The notes: generated by a model from the sequence alone, not told the origin. Positions 20,231 to 31,120 are shown, numbered from the stretch's first letter. The stretch is DNA of 64,000 nucleotides from Candidatus Krumholzibacteriia bacterium (GCA_041484665.1 JBGPIA010000018.1:1-64000); one strand, 5' to 3'. A program made the numbers and translations.

Positions 20231-20800
20231 TTGAGCGGATTCGAAGGCCTCCTGGCCGCGATCATTATCATCCAGGCCACCGTACAGGTAGTCGTCCTCT
20301 ACCTGCTCTACCGCGTGGTCGCCAAGCTCGCGGACCGGACGGACAAGCTCCTCACCCGGATTGAACCGGAGATGGATGACCTGGCGATGGGCATCCGGGC
20401 GATCCGCAAAGCGGTGGAGTTCTCGACGACCGAGATCCGCGCCACGATGGCCGCGGTCCGAGGCACCACCGAGGAGTTGGATCGCTTCACCCGGAGCGAG
20501 GCGACCGAAATCGGGCGGGTCGTGGGCAGGGCCACGGCCATGGCCGAACGGCAGATCGATGAGATGGATCGGGCACTCGATGCGGCGCGCGGTCGTCTGC
20601 TCGAGATCGGAAAGGGATTCGACCGGACGCTCCTTGAGCCGGCCCGGACCGTTCTCGCTGTGGCGACCGCGGTCAAGCGCGCGATTGGAGCCATGGTTAC
20701 TCCGCGGGCTCGCGTTCCCATCGATGTGGAGCGGTACGAGCCCGGGCTGACCCGCGCATCGGATCCCTCGTCCGATCCTGCCGATGTTGGATCTGCGTGA
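20231..20800 (+). CDS. Membrane-anchored coiled-coil protein (DUF948-like)
   Basis: N-terminal TM followed by heptad-rich region; follows ytxH-like gene; GGAGG + TTG start. Confidence 0.65.
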   Translation: MSGFEGLLAAIIIIQATVQVVVLYLLYRVVAKLADRTDKLLTRIEPEMDDLAMGIRAIRKAVEFSTTEIRATMAAVRGTTEELDRFTRSEATEIGRVVGRATAMAERQIDEMDRALDAARGRLLEIGKGFDRTLLEPARTVLAVATAVKRAIGAMVTPRARVPIDVERYEPGLTRASDPSSDPADVGSA

Positions 20801-20859
20801 TCAGCTCCGCAAAACCGGACTGATTTCCGACAAACAGGTCCGCCTATCCGATACAGCCT

Positions 20860-21204
20860 CGGTACGTCGGTTGGCACTCCAACCGCGCTCGAGGGGCGAG
20901 ACGGACGCGGCGCAGCCTCGCAGCCAGCCGCGCCGCGGCGCCGGCCTGCGGCGCAGGCCGTGCAGGCCGTGCAGACGCCCCCGACACACCAGAGCAGCGC
21001 GCGCGACGGCACAGCCGGGGGAGATTGTCACGGCGCATCTACGAGGTCGACCCGCTGTTGTGCCTGCGCTGCCATGTAGCGATCAAGATCGTCGCGGTGC
21101 TCCCGCAGCTCGACGTGGTCCACTGCATCCTGCGCCACGTGGCACGCACCGGCGGCGACGACCCGTTCGAGCAGACCGGGCCGCGGGCCCCTCCGGCGGC
21201 GTGA
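20860..21204 (+). mobile_element. IS91-like transposase 3' remnant
   Basis: RYVGWHSNRARG (degenerate RYYGxYSN), then RRIYEVDPLLCLRC..KIVAV..VVHCILRH..DPFE..RAPP*. Confidence 0.8.
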
Positions 21205-21429
21205 AGGGCGCTCAGCACGAGAGCCTGCGGGTGTTCGCTACGGCGAGCCCGGGGCCGGGGTACGTGCGCAAGGAGCCGTGAGGCTCGTGGGGACGGCGCC
21301 AGAGGTGGGGGGCAGGGGGGCCCGGCAATCTCTCCAACGGCTCGCCGGGGCAGCAGACGCACGAACGTGGCAATTGGGGCGAGCGCCGAGCCGTGCGGGG
21401 GAGCCGACACGGCGCAGAGGAGGGTGTAC

Positions 21430-21526
21430 CGCCGAGGGCGTGGCGATCGAACACCCTATCCGCGACCATGCCACCAGCGAGGGGCGCGCCAACAACCGCC
21501 GCGTCGAGATCGCCCTTGAACGCTAG
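21430..21526 (+). pseudogene. OmpA-family C-terminal fragment
   Basis: AEGVAIEHPIRDHATSEGRANNRRVEI*; no upstream part. Confidence 0.6.
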
Positions 21527-21744
21527 GACAAGATGTAAACCACGACGAAGGATTGCGGCGGTCATCGAGGCGCCTAGGGCGAAGGGTAAACAGGGGTCCG
21601 GTGCGGCACCGCCCGCTTCGATGAGTCCCGTACTGCCTGATCTTACTTTTTCCGATCTTATCGAAACCTCGAAGAGGTGGGATACTCTCACCAGCTGTCG
21701 GATGCGGACGGCAAGAAACCGCGGACAGATCGGAGGCTTCGATC

Positions 21745-23241
21745 GTGAGCATCCCGAGAGAACAACAGCGCGCCTTGCTGCTGCGCGTGGCGCGGCAGGA
21801 AATGCTCCAACGCGGACTCGAACCTGACTTTCCGGCCCCGGCGCTGGCCGAGGTTGAGCGTCTCGCTGCCCCGGGAGCGCCCTTTGAAGCCGGGGTGCGT
21901 GATCTGAGGGACCTCGGCTGGTGCTCGATCGACAACGACGACTCGCGTGACCTCGACCAGCTCACCGTGGCCTCGGAGCTCCCCGGTGGCAGCGTGAGGG
22001 TGATGGTGGCCGTGGCCGACGTCAGCATGTTGGTGGCATTGGGCTCGGCGGTGGATGCGCACGCCGCTGCCAACACGACCTCGATCTACACACCGCCCCA
22101 GATCTTCCCCATGCTACCCGAGCGGCTGAGCACGGACCTCACCTCGCTAGGCCTTGGCGAGGACCGACTGGCCGTGGTCGTCGAAACGGCTGTCGATGGG
22201 AATGGCGGGACCGGCGCGTCAAGCGTCTACCGTGCGGTCGTGCGCAACCAAGCCAAGCTCGCCTATTCGAGCGTGGGCGCCTGGCTCGAGGGAAAGGGCG
22301 GGATACCCGCGGCAGCCGGCGCCGTCCCCGGTCTGGCCGACTGCCTCCGCCTTCAGGACCAGGCGGCCCAGCGCTTGAAATCCTATCGCCATGAGCATGG
22401 GGCGCTGGAACTCGAGACCATCGAGGTGCGGGCCCAGTTCGACGGGGACGCGGTTAGCGGGCTCATGGCCGAGGCTCGCAACCGGGCGAAGGAGATCATC
22501 GAGGACTTCATGATCGCCGCCAACGGAGCCATCGCCCGTTTCCTGGATGGGCACGGCTTCCCGGTCATGCGCCGGGTGGTGCGCTCGCCCGAGCGTTGGC
22601 AGCGTATCGTCGACATCGCCCTCGCGCACGGAGACCGGCTTCCTGCCGAGCCCGAGGCGAAGGCCCTGCACGCCTTTTTGGTCCGGCGCCGCGCGGCGGA
22701 TCCGCTGCGTTTCCCCGACCTCTCGCTCTCGGTCATCAAGCTGCTTGGCCGGGGCGAGTACGTGGCCAGCTTCCCGGGCGCGGATGTGACCGGCCACTTC
22801 GGTCTCGCGGTGAGCGACTACACCCACTCGACCGCGCCCAACCGGCGGTACCCGGATCTCATCACGCAAAGGCTGCTCAAGGCGGCACTGGCGGGGCGCC
22901 CGGCCCCGTACGGGCGCGAGCAACTGGAGACGCTCGCATCCCACTGCACCCAGAAGGAGGACGATGCCCAGAAAGTGGAGCGCTTGCTGCGCAAAGCGGC
23001 GGCAGCCTGCCTGCTCAACGGCCAGATCGGGCGCGAGTTCGACGGCATCGTCACCGGCGCCTCTCCCAAGGGGACGTGGGCGCGCATCTTCGATCCCCCG
23101 GTCGAGGGCCGCATTACCCAAGGATCGCAGGGGCTCGACGTCGGGGATCGGGTGCGGCTGAAGCTCATCCACACGGACCCGGAGCGCGGCTTCATCGATT
23201 TCGCCCGCACCGACCACTCCGAAGTGGGCCGCCGCCGTTGA
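21745..23241 (+). CDS. RNB-domain exoribonuclease (RNase II/R family, short form with S1)
   Basis: SIDNDDSRDLDQ, PMLPERLS, IEDFMIAAN, HFGLA..YTHSTAPNRRYPDL. Confidence 0.92.
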   Translation: MSIPREQQRALLLRVARQEMLQRGLEPDFPAPALAEVERLAAPGAPFEAGVRDLRDLGWCSIDNDDSRDLDQLTVASELPGGSVRVMVAVADVSMLVALGSAVDAHAAANTTSIYTPPQIFPMLPERLSTDLTSLGLGEDRLAVVVETAVDGNGGTGASSVYRAVVRNQAKLAYSSVGAWLEGKGGIPAAAGAVPGLADCLRLQDQAAQRLKSYRHEHGALELETIEVRAQFDGDAVSGLMAEARNRAKEIIEDFMIAANGAIARFLDGHGFPVMRRVVRSPERWQRIVDIALAHGDRLPAEPEAKALHAFLVRRRAADPLRFPDLSLSVIKLLGRGEYVASFPGADVTGHFGLAVSDYTHSTAPNRRYPDLITQRLLKAALAGRPAPYGREQLETLASHCTQKEDDAQKVERLLRKAAAACLLNGQIGREFDGIVTGASPKGTWARIFDPPVEGRITQGSQGLDVGDRVRLKLIHTDPERGFIDFARTDHSEVGRRR

Positions 23242-23333
23242 GCGGGAGTACGATCGCCATGGCGGCATTCCACCGGCGGTGCTGTCGGGGTTCCTGCTGG
23301 AGGTCGGACACGAACAGCGACGAGGAAGAAAAG

Positions 23334-23630
23334 GGCTACCGCCCCGAATCGGACGCCATGGGTGAAGTGCGGCTCCCCCTCGGTGTCTACTGGGGGGCCC
23401 AAACGCAATGGGCGATCGGGAACTTCGGCGCGCCCGAAACGCGCATTCCCGTCGCTCTGATCGAAGCTCTTGGACTGATCAAGCGCTGTCGTGCAAAGAC
23501 CAATGCCAAGCTCGGACTGCTGGATCGCAGGTCCGCCGAGGCAGTCATCCGCGCTGCCGACGAGGTGGTCTCCGAATCGCGGTTCGGGCCCCTCGAGGAC
23601 ATCCTCGGAACATTCCACATCGGCAGGTAA
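23334..23630 (+). pseudogene. fumC: Class II fumarase N-terminal fragment
   Basis: YRPESDAMGEVRLP..YWGAQTQWAIGNF..ALGLIKR..AADEV, stopping after about 95 codons; aspartase cannot be excluded. Confidence 0.7.
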
Positions 23631-23663
23631 TGCCAGTGACGGCAGGGCCGGCGGAAGAGCGGC

Positions 23664-24020
23664 CTACGGCCGCAGCGGCGCGTTCATCGCGGCCACGAGC
23701 TCGGGCAGGACGCTCCCGATGCCGCGGATGATGAACTGCATGGAGACGGCGGCGAGGACCAGGCCCATAAGCCGCGTCTTGATGTTGAGGCCAGAGGGCC
23801 CCAGGAACTTCTGGAGCCGGGCGGCGTTGCGCAGCATCACGAAGACGATGACCTTGGCCACGACGATCGCCAGGAAGAGGATCGCGATGTGGGGGTGGCG
23901 CGGGCCTCGCCGGAGAGGACGATGACCGTGGTGATCGAGCCCGGCCCGGAGACCATTGGGATCGCCAGGGGGACGACGGCGATGTCGTCACGGCTCATCG
24001 CCTCCTCCATCTCCTCGGGC
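23664..24020 (-). pseudogene. marC: MarC-family membrane protein, 3' half, frameshifted
   Basis: DIAVVPLAIPMVSGPGSITTVI and LGPSGLNIKTRLMGLVLAAVSMQFI in different frames; 5' half replaced by IS481 fragment. Confidence 0.75.
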
Positions 24021-24024
24021 GTAT

Positions 24025-24370
24025 GTCGTCCGGTGGAAGCGTTCGACAAAGCCGTTGCTCTGTGGGCGGCCTACACGCGTGGACTTGTGCTGGATCCCTT
24101 CCAGCTGCGGGAAGAGCTCGTAGGGGTGGCTGTCGGGGGCGACCGCACTACTCCCGGCCGATGTCGCTGAGGATCCCGCGGACCTGCGCATCACGGGCCT
24201 CGAAGAAGGGCAGCACGTCCTCGTTCAGCACGTGCACCGCGGTGATCGGCAGCTTCGTGGTGTACAGACACCCCCAGCCGTAGTGGCTGTGAAAGTCCAG
24301 GACGCTTTGCATGTAGACCTTGCCCACGCCCTTGAGGGTGCCGACGAAGAGGGTGTCGACAGCCACCGGG
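24025..24370 (-). mobile_element. IS481-family transposase internal fragment
   Basis: VDTLFVGTLKGVGKVY..LYTTKLPITAVHVLN.DVLPFF..SDIGRE*CGRPDSHPYELF..RPQSNGFVERFHRT. Confidence 0.85.
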
Positions 24371-24406
24371 TCGCCTACACCGTTGGTCTGGATGTGGCGC
24401 TCCCGG

Positions 24407-24585
24407 AATCATGTGCACGCCATCGTCAGCGACGGCGCATTCGCCCGCGCTGCCGGGTGGAGCTGAAGCTCGTCGCGGTCATCCCCAAGGTCGCCGTCGT
24501 TGACCCCATCCTGCGCCATCACGCGTGCACGGGGAGTCGTGATCTGTTCGAGGCGCAGGGGTCCCGGTCCCCACGGGCGGCGTGG
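24407..24585 (+). mobile_element. Internally deleted IS91-like transposase
   Basis: NHVHAIVSDGAF (HUH) joined directly to PRCRVELKLVAVI..VVDPILRH..DLFE. Confidence 0.7.
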
Positions 24586-24955
24586 AGACACCCCCGCAGC
24601 GAGCCTCCCGGCGAATGCGGCGGAAACGTGGAGGTCGGCGTGTGCGCGCAGCGGCGGTAGCGACGCGTCGAGGCGCGTTCCGGAGCGAGAGCGGGACCCT
24701 GGAGCGCGTGTCGAAGCGCTGCGTGGCGGTGTCGGCTGGGCCCCAAGTGGCCCGGCGCGCTCGCCGAACCCCCGCAACGGCGACCACGCACCGCGGCAGG
24801 AGGAGTAGACTTCCGCGGGCGCCGAGCGGATCCTCCATCCCTGCGCCACGGCCCTGGCACCTCGCGGGGACTTCGACTAAGCTATGCCTGCGCTACTGCC
24901 CTTCGATTCGCGAAGGCAGATGCGCCAACCCGCGAAAACGAATGGTCGGCAAAAC

Positions 24956-25246
24956 GTGGCTACCAAGATCCACGTCAGCAATCTCTCCTCCAGCACCGCC
25001 GAGAACGCGCTGCGCACCCTGTTCGAAGGTGACAGCCGCACGGTCGAGAGAGTGGCAATCGCTACCGATCGCGAGACCGGCGAGCGACGCGGGTTCGCCC
25101 TCGTCCAGATGACCACCCCCGAGGATGCCAAGGCCGCGATCGATGCGCTCAACGGCCGCGAGGTGGATGGCAACGCGCTCGCCGTCCGCCTGGCGCGCAT
25201 CAAGCCCGCCAGCCCGGCCGCCAGCATCGTTGACGCTCGTCGCTAG
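24956..25246 (+). CDS. RRM-domain RNA-binding protein (divergent)
   Basis: KIHVSNL, TDRETGERRGFALVQM, AIDALNGREVDG; GTG start inferred. Confidence 0.8.
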   Translation: MATKIHVSNLSSSTAENALRTLFEGDSRTVERVAIATDRETGERRGFALVQMTTPEDAKAAIDALNGREVDGNALAVRLARIKPASPAASIVDARR

Positions 25247-25339
25247 CGGCGACGGGCCGCCGCGGCGAGTCGTCCGCACCAGCGCGGGCGCACCTGCCCG
25301 CGCGCGATCTCCGGCGGTTGGTGCTGGGCTGGAGGGGCC

Positions 25340-27634
25340 ATGCATCCCACGACCACGACCGGAGCGATCCGCAGGATCGCCTTGCTTGGCAACCACCTGC
25401 CGCGCGAGTGCGGCATTGCCACCTTCACGACCGACCTCGCCGACGCAATTGCCGCGCAATTCACGGAGCTCGATTGCTTCGTGCTCGCCATGAACGACAC
25501 CGGCAGGCGTCACGTGTACCCGCCACAGGTGCGCTTCGAGCTGGCCGAGGGTGACATTGCGGCGTACCGGAGGGCGGCGGACTTCCTGAACGTCAACGCC
25601 GTCGACGTCTTGTCCGTCCAACACGAGTACGGGATCTTCGGTGGCCGAGCTGGAAGCCACGTTCTCCTGCTATTGCGTGAGCTCCGCATGCCGATCGTGA
25701 CGACCCTTCACACCATCCTGGCCGAACCCAATCCGCTGCAGCGCTCTGTGATGGACGAGCTCGGCCGGGTCTCGGAACGTCTCGTGGTCATGAGCGAGCA
25801 GGGCGCCGAGCTGCTCCGTCGTGTCCACGGTGTGCCGGACCGCAAGATCGATCTCATCCCCCACGGGATCCCCAACGTGCCGTTCGCGGGTGGCAGCAAG
25901 GACAGCCTGGGGCTCGAAGGCAAGTCGGTCATCCTGACCTTCGGACTGCTGTCGCCGGACAAGGGCATCGAGTACGTCATCGACGCGCTGCCGGCGATCC
26001 TCGAGCGCTTCCCCGACGTGGTCTACATGGTGTTGGGTGCTACCCACCCCCACGTCAGGGAGCGCCATGGCGAGACCTACCGCCTCATGCTCGAGAACCG
26101 CGCGCGACGGCTCGGCGTGGATTCGAGCATGATCTTCCACAACCGCTTCGTGAGTCGCGACGAGCTCACCGGGTTCCTCGCCGCCGCCGATATCTACGTC
26201 ACGCCGTATCTCAACCCGGAGCAGATCACGTCGGGAACGCTGGCTTACGCGCTGGGCGCCGGCAAGGCCGTCATTTCCACGCCCTACCTCTACGCCCGCG
26301 AGCTGCTGGCCGAGGGGCGCGGGATCCTGGTGCCCTGGCGGGACCCCCAGTCGATCTCCGAGGCGGTTGTCGACCTTCTGGGCGATGATGCCAAGCGGCT
26401 CGCCCTCCGCGAACGTGCGGCGGCGCACGGCCGCAGCATGCTGTGGCCCGAGGTCTCGCGTCGCTACCTGGACAGCTTCGAGCACGCCCGCGTCGAGCAC
26501 GCCGATGGGCTCCGGACGTCCTTCCACGCGCAGACGCTCGCGAAGCGGCCGGCTGGGCTGCCCGAGGTGAACCTCGCGCATCTCCGCCTCATGACAGACG
26601 CCACGGGCGTGCTCCAGCACGCGGCTTTCAGCATCCCCCGCTACGACCACGGCTACTGCCTCGACGACAACGCGCGAGCGTTGCTCTTGATGGCTCTGGT
26701 CGAGGACGCCGGCACGGAGGACGGCAGGGACATACGCGCACTCGCTGCGCACTACCTGGCTTTCGTCAGCCACGCCTTCGACCAGGCGCACGGACGGTTC
26801 AGGAATTTCATGTCGTACTCCAGGCAGTGGATCGACGAGTGCGGATCGGAGGACTGTCACGGGCGTGGGCTCTGGGCAGTGGGGGCGGTCGTCGGTCGCT
26901 CCACCGATCCGGGCAGGAAGAGCCTTGCGGGCGATCTCTTCCATGGTGGGCTGCCCGCGGTCTCGAGCTTCACGAGTCCGCGCGCCTGGTCGTACGCCCT
27001 CCTGGGAATTGACGAGTACCTTCGCGCCTTCCAGGGCGACAGCAGCGTACAATCGGTGCGCAAGGGGCTCGCGGAGCGCCTCCTCGACCTCTTCCGGCGG
27101 GCCAGCGGACCCGCGTGGCCGTGGTTCGAGGACCGCGTCACCTACTGCAACGCGCGATTGCCGCAAGCACTGCTCGTGTCCGGTGCCTGGATGCAGCGCG
27201 AGGATATGACTGCCGCGGGCCTCCAGTCGCTCGAGTGGCTGGCCTCGATCCAACGCTCGAAGGACGGATACTTCGCACCGATCGGCTCCAACGGCTTCTA
27301 CCGGAAAGGCGCGGCCACCGCCGCGTTCGACCAGCAGCCGGTGGAGGCGTGCGCAATGGTCTCAGCATGCCTGGAGGCATACCGTATCACCGGAGACCGG
27401 CGCTGGACCGATCGCGCCCATCTGGCGTTCGACTGGTTCCTGGGGCAGAATCAGTTGCAGCAGTCGGTCTACGATCCCACCACGGGTGGCTGCCGTGACG
27501 GGCTCCACGCCGATCGCGTCAACGAGAACCAGGGCGCCGAATCGACGCTTTCCTTCCTGCTTGCCCTGCTGGAGATGCGTTCGGCCGACCGCGCCGACGT
27601 CACAAAGCCCCAGGCGCGGGAGGCCGTGTCATGA
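25340..27634 (+). CDS. GT4 glycosyltransferase fused to C-terminal (alpha/alpha) domain
   Basis: PRECGIATFT, QHEYGIFGG, TFGLLSPDKGIE, SGTLAYA; C-terminal GYCLDDNARAL, FDQQPVEA, NQGAESTL. Confidence 0.9.
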   Translation: MHPTTTTGAIRRIALLGNHLPRECGIATFTTDLADAIAAQFTELDCFVLAMNDTGRRHVYPPQVRFELAEGDIAAYRRAADFLNVNAVDVLSVQHEYGIFGGRAGSHVLLLLRELRMPIVTTLHTILAEPNPLQRSVMDELGRVSERLVVMSEQGAELLRRVHGVPDRKIDLIPHGIPNVPFAGGSKDSLGLEGKSVILTFGLLSPDKGIEYVIDALPAILERFPDVVYMVLGATHPHVRERHGETYRLMLENRARRLGVDSSMIFHNRFVSRDELTGFLAAADIYVTPYLNPEQITSGTLAYALGAGKAVISTPYLYARELLAEGRGILVPWRDPQSISEAVVDLLGDDAKRLALRERAAAHGRSMLWPEVSRRYLDSFEHARVEHADGLRTSFHAQTLAKRPAGLPEVNLAHLRLMTDATGVLQHAAFSIPRYDHGYCLDDNARALLLMALVEDAGTEDGRDIRALAAHYLAFVSHAFDQAHGRFRNFMSYSRQWIDECGSEDCHGRGLWAVGAVVGRSTDPGRKSLAGDLFHGGLPAVSSFTSPRAWSYALLGIDEYLRAFQGDSSVQSVRKGLAERLLDLFRRASGPAWPWFEDRVTYCNARLPQALLVSGAWMQREDMTAAGLQSLEWLASIQRSKDGYFAPIGSNGFYRKGAATAAFDQQPVEACAMVSACLEAYRITGDRRWTDRAHLAFDWFLGQNQLQQSVYDPTTGGCRDGLHADRVNENQGAESTLSFLLALLEMRSADRADVTKPQAREAVS

Positions 27635-28590
27635 CGGTGCAGGCACGCGGCCACGAGACGCTCTTCCATCGATACCCAGGGAACCCGATCCTGACCGCTG
27701 CGATGTGGCCCTATCCAGTTCACACGGTGTTCAACGCGGGCGCCACGCGGCTGCAGGACGGCACGACGCTGTTGCTGTGCAGGGTCGAAGACCGCACGGG
27801 TCTCTCCCATCTGTGCGCAGCTCGATCGGCCGACGGCGCGGGAGGGTGGATCATCGACCCGCAGCCAACGCTGTGGCCGGACCCGGCGAGCTACCCGGAG
27901 GAGCTGTGGGGAATCGAGGACCCGCGCATCACGTTCGTGGAGGAGCTCGGAAAATACGCGATCGCCTACACCGCATTCAGCAAGGGCGGACCCGGCGTGG
28001 CGCTGGCGCTCACCGCGGACTTTCGCGCCTTCGAGCGTTACGGTCTCATTATGCAGCCGGACGACAAGGACGCGGCCCTGCTCCCGCGACGCATCGGCGG
28101 GCGCTTCGCCCTGCTCCATCGCCCGATGACGGACACAGGTGCGCACATCTGGATCTCGTACTCGCCAGATCTCCGGAACTGGGGAGGCCACAAACTGGTC
28201 CTGCAGGCACGCCGGGGCGCCTGCTGGGATGCGAACAAAGTGGGGCTCTCTCCGCCACTGGTCGAGACGCCCCGCGGCTGGCTGATGCTGTACCACGGCG
28301 TCCGGCAGACGGCCGCGGGGTGTCTCTACCGGCTCGGGCTCGCGCTCTTCGCCCTCGACGAGCCCGAACGCTGCCTGCTGCGTGGCGATGCGTGGGTCTT
28401 CGGTCCGGAAGCGACCTACGAGCGCGAGGGAGACGTGGGCAACGTGACGTTCCCCTGCGGCTACACGCTCGGCGCCGACGGTGATGCAATCAATCTCTAC
28501 TACGGTGCCGCGGATTCCAGCGTGGCTCTCGCGTCAGGGAGCGTCCGCCATCTGCTGCGCTGGCTCGACGAGCATGGCCACGCCGCGTGA
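27631..28590 (+). CDS. GH130-family glycosidase/mannoside phosphorylase
   Basis: NPIL, VFNAGA, GIEDPRIT, DKDAAL, YHGV, NVTFPCG, YYGAAD; ATGA overlap with GT4 gene. Confidence 0.9.
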   Translation: MTVQARGHETLFHRYPGNPILTAAMWPYPVHTVFNAGATRLQDGTTLLLCRVEDRTGLSHLCAARSADGAGGWIIDPQPTLWPDPASYPEELWGIEDPRITFVEELGKYAIAYTAFSKGGPGVALALTADFRAFERYGLIMQPDDKDAALLPRRIGGRFALLHRPMTDTGAHIWISYSPDLRNWGGHKLVLQARRGACWDANKVGLSPPLVETPRGWLMLYHGVRQTAAGCLYRLGLALFALDEPERCLLRGDAWVFGPEATYEREGDVGNVTFPCGYTLGADGDAINLYYGAADSSVALASGSVRHLLRWLDEHGHAA

Positions 28591-28685
28591 CGCCGGTTCC
28601 CTCCCACCCCCCGGTGGCCCCGCACAGGGTTCTCGCTCCTGCCGCGACCCCGGCACCGGGGCCCCCCCGAACGCGGCACGCCCCG

Positions 28686-30641
28686 TCATTCCTTCGGCGT
28701 GTACACAACGACGCGGTCGCGACCGCCTTGCTTGGCGGCATACAACGCCTCGTCTGCCGCACGGAGCAGCTCCCGAGCGGTGAGACCGTGGCCACACGCA
28801 CCGGCCACGCCTCCCGACATAGTGATTCCGCCCAGTTCTTGCTCCCTATCCTGAACTCGCAGCGCCTTCACCAGCAAGCGGAGCTCCTCGACACGCTCCC
28901 AGGTGTCTGCCAAGGATGAATCCGGCAGAACCAGCACGAACTCCTCGCCCCCGTATCGGCACGAGATGTCGCTCTTGCGCAGGTGCTCCCGGAGCAGCTG
29001 CCCCATCTCCCGCAGCAGCGCATCGCCGGCATCGTGTCCGTAGCTGTCATTGAACCCCTTGAAGTGATCCAGGTCGATCATCGCCACGCACAGCTCGGCA
29101 TTCGCGCGCCGCGCACGATGCAGCTCACGCGAAAGGACGTTTTCCAGGTAGCGCCGATTGAACAGCCCCGTCAGCGGATCCTGGACCGCCTGTTCACGTA
29201 GCCGCTCGCGCAGCCGCAGGTTCGACAAGGACAGCTTGATGGTCTCACCCAAACTCACCCCCAGTTGATACTGGCCAACTTGGTGCTCACTCGCCCTCCC
29301 AGCGACGCCCATGAGACACAGCAGCCCGAGTGTCTCGCCTTGGACTGTCAGGGGCACGCACAGGTAGCCACTCTTCGGATGTTCGACAAGATGGCGGCAG
29401 AGCAAGCTCTCTGCCGGATCGATGACCTCATGAGGCTGCCCCCGCCGCATCGCCCAACAGTCTTCCAATGAAAAGGCGTCCTCCAACACCTTCCCATCGC
29501 CCCAGGACGCGACCGTCTCCAGATACTGATCCGACGCCTGCGTGATCGCCAGACTGCCGGGCTGCCCCACGAAGACCTCCCCTGCCATCAGGGCAATCAC
29601 CTTGCAGACTTCCTCCTGCGTCGTGCACGCCTGGAGCAGCGCGTTCATGCGGTTGAGGACCTTCATCTGACTGTCGCGCCTCTGCAGCTCGAACACCAAT
29701 GCCAACAACTCGTCGCTTGCCTTCCGAGAGCTGTCCTCCGCCCGTTTCCGGTCGGTGATGTCGCGGACGTTGCACTGGATCACGGGCTTCCCGTCGACGG
29801 AGTAGACATTGCTGATGAACTCTACGTGCTTCTGCTGATGTGCTTTCGTCTCCAAGGGTAGATTCTCGTACCGGATGTACTCCTGGGTCTGCAATCGACG
29901 GAAGGTGTCCTGGCTGGCGGCGATGTCCGCAAAGAGCCCGATCTCCCACAGGGACTTGCCCAACAGCTCCGTGTGGGAAAAGCCCAAGAGCTCCTGAAGG
30001 AAGGGGTTGGCGTCGGCGATGGTGCCGGTGTCCGCGTCGAGGATGAGGATGCCGTCCTTCGCGGTCTCGAAGAGTCCCCGGTAGCGAATCTCGGAAGCCT
30101 TCATGGCCCGCTCGATCCGCGTGCGTTCGGTGATATTCTCGACCGTCCCGGCCATGCGGAAAGGCGTGTTGTTCGCGCCGAACTGCGGCTCGCCCTGCGA
30201 GATCACGGTGGTGACGGAACCGTCGCCGCAAAGGATGCGGCTCTCGGTACGGAACGGAGCACCGGTCACCAGCGATTCCCGCAGCGAGCCCTCGTGGAGC
30301 TTTCGGTCGTCAGGGTGGAACTGCTGGAGCAGCAGCTCGTAGGTGGGCTCCTCGCTTCCAGGCGTCAGCCCGAAGATGCGATACAGTTCGGCGGACCAGG
30401 TCATCTGTCCGGTGAGGATGTCCCAATCCCAGCTGCCCGTGGGAGAGCTGGGTACGGGCAGCGGGGTGGCTGTCCGGGGGCGCCGGGAGAGTCTCGCCGC
30501 GGGAGAGAAGTCGACCGACTCGTTCGCAGCATGCGCCCTTGGAGCGGGCGTCCGCTCTGCGAGCCCCCGCTCCAACTGGGCCAGACGCGCCCGCAGAGCG
30601 GCATTCTCTTCGATCAGCTGGCCCTTCGGCTTGGATGCCAT
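28686..30641 (-). CDS. Diguanylate cyclase, PAS-PAS-GAF-GGDEF
   Basis: DPLTGLFNRR, DLDHFK..NDSYGHDAGD, RKSD I-site, RYGGEEF; PAS motifs GSWDWDI, RDITDRK; GGAGG-like RBS before MASKPK. Confidence 0.9.
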   Translation of the reverse strand: MASKPKGQLIEENAALRARLAQLERGLAERTPAPRAHAANESVDFSPAARLSRRPRTATPLPVPSSPTGSWDWDILTGQMTWSAELYRIFGLTPGSEEPTYELLLQQFHPDDRKLHEGSLRESLVTGAPFRTESRILCGDGSVTTVISQGEPQFGANNTPFRMAGTVENITERTRIERAMKASEIRYRGLFETAKDGILILDADTGTIADANPFLQELLGFSHTELLGKSLWEIGLFADIAASQDTFRRLQTQEYIRYENLPLETKAHQQKHVEFISNVYSVDGKPVIQCNVRDITDRKRAEDSSRKASDELLALVFELQRRDSQMKVLNRMNALLQACTTQEEVCKVIALMAGEVFVGQPGSLAITQASDQYLETVASWGDGKVLEDAFSLEDCWAMRRGQPHEVIDPAESLLCRHLVEHPKSGYLCVPLTVQGETLGLLCLMGVAGRASEHQVGQYQLGVSLGETIKLSLSNLRLRERLREQAVQDPLTGLFNRRYLENVLSRELHRARRANAELCVAMIDLDHFKGFNDSYGHDAGDALLREMGQLLREHLRKSDISCRYGGEEFVLVLPDSSLADTWERVEELRLLVKALRVQDREQELGGITMSGGVAGACGHGLTARELLRAADEALYAAKQGGRDRVVVYTPKE

Positions 30642-31120
30642 CGTCACCCTCCCCTGGCGGCGGTTCGTCCTCTGCCCTGTTCCCGATTCCGGCCGAGCCG
30701 TGTCGGAGGTGCGGACGGGCAGCGCCTTGCCTCGTGGTGGAAGTCGCGGTGGACGTGGTCGGAGGAGGACGCCTCCGGGGTGTGGGTGCTGTGGCCGTGA
30801 CGCCGCGGGGTGGCAGCCCCGTCCACCGCGGCCGACCCCGAGCCGGGAAGGCACGGGCGACTTGGCGCTGCGCCCTGGGATGGACGCCCCATCATGGGTC
30901 CCTTCGCGAACCGGGAGCTTTGCGACAGGCGCGGGTGCCGTGACCACCGCCCAGCATGGAGAGGCTCGCGGTCACACAGCCACACGCGGCTCACGTGTCC
31001 GCGCCGAACCTGCCGCATCTTGGCGTCCGCTCGTCGCGAGCACGGGGGACATAGTAAGGCGAACGGATCGAGGACCGCCAGCTCGACGCGATCGGGATCG
31101 GTCTGCGAACTGTCCGGGGG

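Noticed and set aside
20784..20850. DUF2058-like N-terminus (LRDQLRKTGLISDKQ)
   Set aside because: Too short to support a call.
20871..20886. TTGGCAC-N-CCGC sigma-54-like site
   Set aside because: Lies inside the IS91 coding remnant (GWHSNR) and has a poor -12 element.
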